24,159 nucleotides of DNA from contig QMLL01000001.1 in NCBI GenBank assembly GCA_003646715.1, positions 1 to 24,159 of the forward strand. Direction: 5' to 3'. The notes under the pieces are model-generated. The model worked only from the letters and a program-made list of their open reading frames with translations, was not told the origin of the DNA and ran no database searches. Shown here piece by piece: positions 14,685 to 21,592 of the stretch. A program made the translations under genes and the position numbers. The DNA is from Deltaproteobacteria bacterium. GTDB lineage: Bacteria > Desulfobacterota > Syntrophobacteria > B119-G9. Position 1 is the first letter of the stretch. Each line of letters begins with the position of its first letter.

Positions 14685-15292
14685 TGGGACCTGTAATAAA
14701 ATTAGCCGGGATGATAAATTCACCGGTAGACTTCTTTCTGGCTGTCTGTTTTGGTTTTTTCTTTGGATTTATCCTGGAAAGTTCGGGCCTTGCCAATTGC
14801 AGGAAGATAGCCGGAGTGTTTTACTTTTATGATGTTACCGTGGTTCAGGTAATGTTTACGGCAATTGTCACGGCAGTTCTTCTTCTCTATGGCACTTCAG
14901 CAATGGGTGTGCTGGATCTTTCACTTCTTTACGTACCCGATACATACATTTATTCTTATATACTTGCAGGCTTTATCCTCGGTGCAGGGATGGTTATGGG
15001 AGGCTACTGACCGGCCACATCTTTAACTGCCACGGCTGGCGGTCGGATCGACGGACTGTTCTTCGTAGTTGGAATAATGATCGGTTCCTGGCTTTTCTCA
15101 GAGCTTTTTACAATCATAAAACCAATCTATAAAGCGGGATCTCTGGGTAAATACTTTCTTTACCAATTATTCAATCTTCCGATCGGAGTTACGATTTTTA
15201 TTGTAACTCTGGCCGGACTCTGCTTTTTGTTCCTGTTTACTTTCCTTGAAACTCTTTTCGGAAAAAAGTTTGGAGGCAGCCGTGATTTATAA
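14684..15292 (+). CDS. YeeE/YedE-family transporter, half-size subunit 2, predicted selenoprotein (Sec109, TGA 15008-15010), 202 aa
   Basis: The ATG overlaps the upstream TAA (TAATG). ORFs 14675-15010 and 15077-15292 are in the same frame with only one TGA between them. The read-through sequence GMVMGGY-U-PATSL matches the family GxCPG(T/S) motif, and a SECIS-like hairpin follows. Confidence 0.85.
15008..15046 (+). promoter_or_regulatory. Bacterial SECIS element (YeeE-like gene)
   Basis: After the TGA: stem ACTGCCA (15026-15032)/TGGCGGT (15037-15043), loop CGGC with G at +24, and a possible lower helix CCGG/TCGG. Confidence 0.75.
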
Positions 15293-15677
15293 AAGGATAC
15301 TGATAGTTCTCATCTTAATAGCTTTGATTGTGGCAGGCTCACTGGCACTTTTGAAAAACAAAACTGTTTTGAGTGCACAATACAAGCGGTGTATGCAACT
15401 AACTAGCGAAGCGGATCAACTTTTCCTGAACAAAAAATACAAGGATGCCATAGAAAAATACAGGCAAGCTCTAATGATTGATCCGAAAAACCAGAAACTA
15501 TGGCAAAAGTTAATAGAAAGCATAAGAAAAGAAGCTTACTTGCAGGTTTCCGCTGCAAAACCCGCTATGATACCGCAGGTGACGAAACCTGAAACCAAAC
15601 CTGTTCAACCACAGGTCATAACACCTCCAGCACCATCTGAACCTTCCTTTGTGATTGAGGAAGACGAAGGCTGCTAA
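15282..15677 (+). CDS. Membrane-anchored protein with TPR-like repeat, Pro-rich linker and acidic C-terminus ending in Cys (-FVIEEDEGC), 131 aa
   Basis: GTG 15282 behind SD GGAGG (15272-15276), overlapping the upstream gene end. It has an N-terminal TM helix, ADQLF..KKYKDAIEKYRQALMIDP (TPR pattern) and a P/Q/T/V/K-rich linker. Confidence 0.8.
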   Translation: MIYKRILIVLILIALIVAGSLALLKNKTVLSAQYKRCMQLTSEADQLFLNKKYKDAIEKYRQALMIDPKNQKLWQKLIESIRKEAYLQVSAAKPAMIPQVTKPETKPVQPQVITPPAPSEPSFVIEEDEGC

Positions 15678-15683
15678 TCTTCC

Positions 15684-15715
15684 GTGGGAGACGTTCACAC
15701 GTCTCCCGTTCTTTG
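15684..15715 (+). terminator. Intrinsic terminator closing the yeeE-yeeE-TPR operon
   Basis: GGGAGACG-TTCACA-CGTCTCCC (15686-15707) followed by GTTCTTTG, directly after the stop codon. Confidence 0.7.
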
Positions 15716-15963
15716 TCTTCAGTTTTTCTCATGCATTGATTGGAAGGGGACCTTCCTGACTCTATCTATTCCTGTTTGATTGTTGACCAAAAGACCCTCA
15801 AAAAGCGTGAATTTCCCTAGATCCTAAATTTAACATAATATATCTTATCAGACGTTAATGATATGGAAAAAGATCCTTATGCCAACAAGATGCTTGAAAT
15901 AATTGGCCAGGATGACATTGTCTGGTAGTCCCTATTTACATGTCTGATCTCTAAAAAATCCTC

Positions 15964-15991
15964 TTGACAATTCTGACAGGATTGTTAAATA
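15964..15991 (+). promoter_or_regulatory. Possible sigma70 promoter for tRNA-Gly
   Basis: TTGACA 15964-15969, with a TGT-TAAATA -10-like box at a 16-nt spacer. The -10 match is imperfect. Confidence 0.4.
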
Positions 15992-16008
15992 GAATATAAA
16001 AACAGCGA

Positions 16009-16083
<75 letters not shown>

Positions 16084-16095
16084 AAAAAGAACAGC

Positions 16096-16118
16096 AAGCG
16101 GCACATGCCGCTTTTTTT
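16096..16118 (+). terminator. Intrinsic terminator after tRNA-Gly
   Basis: AAGCGGC-ACAT-GCCGCTT followed by a T-run. Confidence 0.85.
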
Positions 16119-16144
16119 GTTTTCGCAGTTAAGAGTTTGCTATC

Positions 16145-17158
16145 ATGAGTTCACTCAACATTCAGACCACGCGCCCTAAATCCGTAACGTCTTTGCTCAC
16201 CAAGTTTCTGGAAGTTTTTGATCCAAAAGACCGTGTTCTGATTACTATTGACCCAGACCCAGATTCGCTTTCATCGGCAATGGCCGTCAAAAGAATCCTC
16301 TGGCACAAGGTTCAAAGCACAACCATAGCTATAATCAGACCTATTACCAGATTAAATAATATAACCATGGTTCGATTGCTTAAAATACCCGTGGTTGATA
16401 AAAAAGACATTAATCCATCAGAGTTCGATCGACATGTGATCGTTGATGGCCAGCCGGCTCACTTTGAGGAATTTCAAAATATTAATTTTAACGTTGTCAT
16501 TGACCATCATCCTCTCAAAGAGGAACCTCAAGGAGTAGATTTTGCTGATATTCGCCCAACCTACGGAGCTACTGCTACAATACTCACTGAATACCTAAAA
16601 GCGGCAAAAATAAAACCTTCAAAAACACTCGCAACTGCTTTAATTTACGGTATAAAAACGGATACACATGACTTTCAGGGTAAGGTTGTTGAGGAAGATG
16701 TTAAGGCTTTCAGATACCTTTTCCCCTTCGCTTTTATAAATACCCTGAGAAAAATCGAAATATCCGACATGGAGCTTAAAGATCTCAAGTTTTTTAAACG
16801 TGCACTGGAAAACAAACGTGTTTCTAGAAAGAGGATCTTTACGTACCTTGAACGCGTACCCTCCCATGACATCTGTGTGTTGGTGGCAGATTTTCTGATG
16901 AAGATTCATGATATCAGATGGGTAGTAGTTTCAGGTCTTACAAATGATAAGCTGGTGGTCGTGATACGAAACGATGGAATACGCAAAAACGCCGGTCAAC
17001 TTGCCGAGAAGGCTTTCGGGTCGATAGGCAGTGCTGGCGGTCACAAGGGTATGGCTAGAGCCGAAATACCGCTCGAGAATCTGGAACAATATCTGAGGAA
17101 ATTTAACGCAAACACAATTCAGAGATTCATCCGGGAAAGGTTCTTGAAAAGAACTTAG
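16145..17158 (+). CDS. DHH/DHHA1-family phosphoesterase (NrnA/GdpP-like)
   Basis: [30 protein letters not shown] and the DHHA1 motif GSAGGH-GMARA. Confidence 0.9.
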   Translation: MSSLNIQTTRPKSVTSLLTKFLEVFDPKDRVLITIDPDPDSLSSAMAVKRILWHKVQSTTIAIIRPITRLNNITMVRLLKIPVVDKKDINPSEFDRHVIVDGQPAHFEEFQNINFNVVIDHHPLKEEPQGVDFADIRPTYGATATILTEYLKAAKIKPSKTLATALIYGIKTDTHDFQGKVVEEDVKAFRYLFPFAFINTLRKIEISDMELKDLKFFKRALENKRVSRKRIFTYLERVPSHDICVLVADFLMKIHDIRWVVVSGLTNDKLVVVIRNDGIRKNAGQLAEKAFGSIGSAGGHKGMARAEIPLENLEQYLRKFNANTIQRFIRERFLKRT

Positions 17159-17177
17159 TCCCCTCCCCTTTCATACT

Positions 17178-17648
17178 ATGTCAAAAAAAAGAAACAATTA
17201 TAAAAAAGTCGAAATATTTACTGACGGTGCCTGCCAGGGTAATCCCGGACCAGGCGGATGGGCGGCTATCCTCAAGTATAAAAACGTGGAAAAGGAGCTT
17301 TCCGGGGCAGAACCTTTTACCACAAATAATAGAATGGAACTGACCGCTGTTATCGAAGCATTGAAAGCGCTAAAAGAACCCTGCAAGGTAACCATATGTA
17401 CCGATTCCCAGTACGTACAAAAAGGCATCTCCGAATGGCTTCCAAAATGGAAACAACGTAAGTGGCTCACCAGTACCAAGAATAAGGTCAAAAATGTGGA
17501 TTTGTGGAAAATTCTGGACAGAGAAGCATCGAAGCATCATGTTACCTGGAAATGGGTGCGAGGACACAGCGGAATCCCCCAGAATGAAAGATGTGATTAC
17601 CTTGCAAAGATGGCCATAGAAAACATGAAAAAGAAATGGGATAAGTAG
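17178..17648 (+). CDS. rnhA: Ribonuclease HI
   Basis: [39 protein letters not shown] and WV-GHSG---NE-CD. Confidence 0.97.
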   Translation: MSKKRNNYKKVEIFTDGACQGNPGPGGWAAILKYKNVEKELSGAEPFTTNNRMELTAVIEALKALKEPCKVTICTDSQYVQKGISEWLPKWKQRKWLTSTKNKVKNVDLWKILDREASKHHVTWKWVRGHSGIPQNERCDYLAKMAIENMKKKWDK

Positions 17649-17655
17649 ATAACCT

Positions 17656-17681
17656 TGGATTCTCGCTTTCGCAGGAATAAC
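17656..17681. repeat. Degenerate third copy of the REP/dRS3-like repeat
   Basis: TGGATTCTCGCTTTCGCAGGAATAAC resembles the reverse-complement form TGGATTCCCGC..TCGCGGGAATGAC. It lies 7 nt after the rnhA stop. Confidence 0.65.
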
Positions 17682-17683
17682 AA

Positions 17684-17721
17684 AGAGGTTGCCGATCTTG
17701 CTTCCCGGCAACCTCTATATT
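17684..17721. terminator. Bidirectional terminator-like hairpin between convergent rnhA and mvhD
   Basis: Perfect 11-bp stem AGAGGTTGCCG (17684-17694)/CGGCAACCTCT (17706-17716) with T-rich tails on both strands. Confidence 0.7.
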
Positions 17722-17780
17722 TAGCATACGCCGGTGGCCGCGTTTGGCCCCGCCTTTCCAGTTTCTTGCTTTCGGTAGTC

Positions 17781-18209
17781 TTATGCCGCTTTTTTCTCTT
17801 TCAGTGGCAACGGCCCGAGTTCTTTAATTTTCTCCACAAACTCGGTAATACTTTCAGCAAATCTGGGAGCTTCAGCTGAAGAAATCCATCGTAGGTGAAG
17901 TCGTTCTGGTTCAATGCCTGTGAACTGCAAAAGCTCCTTTAAGAAAGCCACCCTTTTGGTTGTCATATAATTACCATACAGGTAATGGCAGTCTCCGATG
18001 TGTCACCCACCGATAAAAACGCCATCGACCCCTTTCTGAAACGCCTTTAGCACATAATGAGGGGAAACGCTTGCGGAGCAGGGAACTCTTACTGTTCTTA
18101 CATTGGGTGGGTACTGAAGACGGCTTACTCCGGCGAGATCAGCTGCAGAATAAGCACACCAGTTGCAGAGAAACGCGACGATCCGGGGTTCATAATTGTC
18201 TTTGACCAT
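17781..18209 (-). CDS. mvhD: MvhD/FlpD-family [2Fe-2S] hydrogenase iron-sulfur subunit, predicted selenoprotein (Sec69), 142 aa
   Basis: FLCNWCAYSAADLAG...RVPCS...GG-U-HIGDCHY..GN...ERL...WISSAE. ORFs 18003-18209 and 17781-17966 are in frame across one TGA (18003-18005) at the conserved GCH-GDCHY Cys position, and a SECIS-like hairpin follows. Confidence 0.92.
17970..18005 (-). promoter_or_regulatory. Bacterial SECIS element (mvhD)
   Basis: On the minus strand after the TGA: stem ATTACC (+17..+22)/GGTAAT (+28..+33) and loop TGTAT with G at +24. Confidence 0.7.
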
Positions 18210-18323
18210 ATGCTATATCTCCCACGATTGGTATAGTCTAGCGAAATGCCTTTGAGGACTCTGACAGAGGCGGGTAGCCAGAATCCCAATTCAATCGTTT
18301 ATTGCGTGCTGCGTGCATCTGTC

Positions 18324-18352
18324 TATTTACAGTCCTACGCCGTATTTGTCAA
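18324..18352 (-). promoter_or_regulatory. Possible sigma70 promoter for mvhD
   Basis: Minus strand TTGACA (18352-18347), 17-nt spacer, TAAATA. A second TTGACA lies at 18375-18370. Confidence 0.45.
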
Positions 18353-18605
18353 GACCGATTTTCAGGTTGTGTCAATAGCATTTATAAAAAGGCGAATTGC
18401 TGCAATGTTCGCATTCGGTATTCTGGCCCAAACAGTAGCGCGAGTGACACCCACGAAGGACTAAAAGCGGTACTTAGGGCAGTTTTGCTAGCATACCATG
18501 GCAGCGATGTCAGTTTCACTTGCAACAAAATGCACAGAAAAATTCTTGCACTATTCATAACCTGCGATTACTTTACCTTCTGTCAATCTTTCACGGAAAA
18601 ACTCC

Positions 18606-18632
18606 TTGACAACAAGTTTTGTATACTATAAA
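18606..18632 (+). promoter_or_regulatory. Sigma70-type promoter for the hdr-like operon
   Basis: Consensus TTGACA (18606-18611) and TATAAT (18627-18632) with a short 15-nt spacer. A second candidate TTGCAC-17-TACTTT lies at 18546-18574. Confidence 0.55.
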
Positions 18633-18765
18633 TAACCTCTTGTCTTTATCATAGAGACTCTGCCTATTTTGTCGTTCCATTTTAGCTTGCTTGACGACTG
18701 CCGGAGGCTTTTTCTCAAAATCTTCTAGGGACTAAACATCTTAACGCTATAGGGGAAAGTAGCTT

Positions 18766-20526
18766 ATGTTTTTCAATGTCACACTTTACATTGTCTTAAC
18801 TATATTTGGTGTAGGGTTGATTTACAAGGTATCTACATGGTTTCGCTATAACATTGGAATTGTTGCAAGGGATATATCAACAGGTGAAAGGTTTGCTGCT
18901 GCCATTAAGGGCGTTTTTTCAACTTTTTTCAGCAGCAGAATCCTTACATTGCTGCGGGTATTCTTGGTGGATGTTCTTCTCCAGATGAGAACGTTGAAAG
19001 AAGATGGTCTGAGATGGATCATGCATATGCTCATCTACTGGGGCTTTATGCTTCTTCTACTTATGCATGCCCTTGACAAATTTATAACTTCTGTCCTCTT
19101 TCCTGACTACCAACCGACAATTAATCCTTTCCTCACTCTTCGAGATCTCTTTGGGGCAATGGTAATTGCAGGAATAGGTATTGCAATTTATAGACGCTTT
19201 ATCATGAAAGTCCCTCGCCTGAAAACTAATTCAATGGACTGCTACGCCATCGGCATAGTCGCCGTCATAATTATCTCAGGAATTTGCTTGCAAGCAACGA
19301 AAATTGTCTCTTACTCAAGCTACCAAAGTATGGTGGAAGAGTACACAACGATGCCTGAGGAAGACGAACTTAAGGCACTTGAGGCTTACTGGGTCCAGGA
19401 AATGGGTATGGTTTCTCCCACTACTAAGGGGCCGTTTAACAAGGAGCTTCTGGAAGCAGGTAAAGAGGCTTTCGAGATGAGCTGTGCCGAGTGCCATGCG
19501 CGAGAGCAATCCGCTTTCTTGAGCTATGGTCTTTCTCGGATAATTAAACCCTTGGCACTTGGTTTGGATAGTGCCAAGATTCCTATTCTACTCTGGTATA
19601 TACATTTTTTGGCGTGTTTTATTGGTTTGGCTTACCTCCCTTTCAGCAAGATGTTCCATATTATCGTGAGCCCACTGAGTATTTTGGCAAACGCGGTCAT
19701 GGATGATGAAACATCTGATCAGGCAAACATTGCAACCAAGCAAATCATGGATCTAGATGCCTGTACGCATTGTGGAACATGTACCACAAGATGTTCGGTT
19801 GCGATAGCTTTTGAAGAATTTCAGAATATAAACATTCTTCCTTCAGAGAAACTTATTGCAATAAAATCACTTGCTCGGGGGAAGGAGCTGTCGCCCGATG
19901 AGCTGAAGCTTCTCCAAGAAGGAGCCTATATTTGTACCAATTGCTATCGTTGTACTGTTGCGTGTCCCGTGGGTATTAACCTGCAAAGTATATGGTTCAG
20001 CGTGAGAGAGGGCCTTCTCGAGAAGGGTTATCCCGAGCTCTCGGTGCTTTCACAACTTTCCTTTTACCGAGGTTTAATGCAGAGAAAGATTGTTGCTGAT
20101 GAGTACCGGGAACCTCTACAAGAGGCAAGAGAGGCGATCTCTGAGAAGTGCGAATTAATGAAGGCTAAAGAGAAGCCTATCAATGTGACGACAGCAAGCA
20201 AAAAGCTAAGATCGGAATTGAGTCTTTCCAGCCAGGCAAGTACCTTTTCGGTCTGCTTTGCCTGTGAGACATGTACAACAGTATGTCCTGTGGTAGCAAG
20301 CTACGAGAATCCGCAAGAAGCCCTCGGCATGCTCCCCCATCAAATCATGAATGCCTGTGCTCTGGGGGTGCGGGATCTGGCTTTCGGGTCGAACATGCTG
20401 TGGGATTGTGTAACATGCTATCAATGCCAAGAGCAATGTCCCCAAGGGGTAGCAGTTACGGATGTACTCTATGAACTAAAAAATTTGGCTATCAAGAGTG
20501 TAAAACTAACATTGGCAACAAAGTAA
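18766..20526 (+). CDS. Membrane redox fusion: NarI/HmeC/DsrM-like di-heme b domain with inserted CxxCH heme c motif, fused to two HdrC-like di-[4Fe-4S] domains
   Basis: Five hydrophobic helices with His pairs (H-x13-H and H-x17-H), CAECH at 19483-19497, and four ferredoxin motifs: CTHCGTCTTRC, CTNCYRCTVACP, CFACETCTTVCP and CVTCYQCQEQCP. Confidence 0.85.
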   Translation: MFFNVTLYIVLTIFGVGLIYKVSTWFRYNIGIVARDISTGERFAAAIKGVFSTFFSSRILTLLRVFLVDVLLQMRTLKEDGLRWIMHMLIYWGFMLLLLMHALDKFITSVLFPDYQPTINPFLTLRDLFGAMVIAGIGIAIYRRFIMKVPRLKTNSMDCYAIGIVAVIIISGICLQATKIVSYSSYQSMVEEYTTMPEEDELKALEAYWVQEMGMVSPTTKGPFNKELLEAGKEAFEMSCAECHAREQSAFLSYGLSRIIKPLALGLDSAKIPILLWYIHFLACFIGLAYLPFSKMFHIIVSPLSILANAVMDDETSDQANIATKQIMDLDACTHCGTCTTRCSVAIAFEEFQNINILPSEKLIAIKSLARGKELSPDELKLLQEGAYICTNCYRCTVACPVGINLQSIWFSVREGLLEKGYPELSVLSQLSFYRGLMQRKIVADEYREPLQEAREAISEKCELMKAKEKPINVTTASKKLRSELSLSSQASTFSVCFACETCTTVCPVVASYENPQEALGMLPHQIMNACALGVRDLAFGSNMLWDCVTCYQCQEQCPQGVAVTDVLYELKNLAIKSVKLTLATK

Positions 20527-20540
20527 ATGGGAAGAGAGCT

Positions 20541-21461
20541 ATGAAATTTGCGCTTTTTTTGGGATGCAATATTCCGGCCCGGGTAAAACAATACGAATCC
20601 TCAGCGCGAGCTGTCTTGGAAAACCTTGGGGTTGAAATCTTCGACATAAGGGAGTTTAATTGCTGCGGATATCCCTTGAGGAACCTTGATTTCAAGGCTT
20701 TTGTCCTTGCCTCAGCCAAGAACCTTGCACTTGCAGCACGGGAGAACCTTAATCTATTGACACTTTGCAAGTGTTGTTATGGAAGCTTGAAGAAAGTGGA
20801 TCACTTAATGAGGGAAAACCAGTCTTTACGAGATGAAATAAACGCTATCCTTAAAAAAGAAGACCTGAAATATGATGGTGGGCTGCAGGTAAAACACTTT
20901 CTCACTGTCCTTTTCCACGATGTTGGAATTGGTTCGATCGCGAAACGAGTGACGAAACGTTTTGACGGCCTTAACATTGCTACCCACTATGGATGCCATG
21001 CCCTCCGACCTAGTAAAATAGTTGAATTCGATGATCCCGTGAAACCCTCTTTATTTGAGAAACTCGTCGAATTGACCGGGGCTAAAAGTATAGATTGGAA
21101 GGCCAAGCTGGATTGCTGCGGTGCTCCGCTACTTGGTGTAAACGATGAGCTTTCAATGAGACTCATGCAAAAGAAGCTGAAAGATGGGAAAGAATCTGGT
21201 GCAGATTATTTATGCGTAGCCTGTCCGTATTGCCAGCTCCAATTTGATTCCGTACAGCGAATGATGTTGGAAAAGCAACATACCAACACCCAGCTTCCAT
21301 CAATCCTATATCCTCAACTTCTTGGTCTCACAATGGGTCTTGATAGTACGTCCCTTGGATTAGACGAAAATCAGCTACCGATCAATGGGATCATGAAGTA
21401 TTTCCCTGAACCCGAGGCAGAAGAAAAGGAAGAAGAAAATGAGGAAAAAGAGGACAAATAG
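20541..21461 (+). CDS. hdrB: Heterodisulfide reductase subunit B family (two CCG domains)
   Basis: FLGC, NCCG, CKCC, YGCH, DCCG and ACPYCQ-QFD, followed by an acidic tail. Confidence 0.93.
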   Translation: MKFALFLGCNIPARVKQYESSARAVLENLGVEIFDIREFNCCGYPLRNLDFKAFVLASAKNLALAARENLNLLTLCKCCYGSLKKVDHLMRENQSLRDEINAILKKEDLKYDGGLQVKHFLTVLFHDVGIGSIAKRVTKRFDGLNIATHYGCHALRPSKIVEFDDPVKPSLFEKLVELTGAKSIDWKAKLDCCGAPLLGVNDELSMRLMQKKLKDGKESGADYLCVACPYCQLQFDSVQRMMLEKQHTNTQLPSILYPQLLGLTMGLDSTSLGLDENQLPINGIMKYFPEPEAEEKEEENEEKEDK

Positions 21462-21592
21462 AAAACCTATTTAGCTGATAAGCCATCAGAGAGTGCAACT
21501 ACAAAGGAGAAGAATCATAAGGGCGGGAGTTTCTCTTAATTTATCTTAATAATTGAACTTGTAATCTTAAATCAATCGAAGGTGGAAAGAGT

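Noticed and set aside
15008-15010. Calling yeeE2, mvhD and hdrA pseudogenes or split genes
   Set aside because: Each has a single TGA at a conserved Cys column, an intact downstream frame and a SECIS-like hairpin at identical spacing. Sec recoding explains this better.
15858-15928. Short ORFs upstream of the tRNA promoter (MEKDPYANKMLEIIGQDDIVW; MIWKKILMPTRCLK)
   Set aside because: No SD, no recognisable motif, and the expected chance frequency in AT-rich intergenic DNA.
18246-18631. ORFs 18246-18464 and 18302-18631 in the mvhD/hdr intergenic region; possible Rex operator near 18580-18598
   Set aside because: The ORFs lack SDs and family features and overlap promoter elements. The Rex-like site has the wrong half-site spacing (9 rather than 10 nt between GT and AC).
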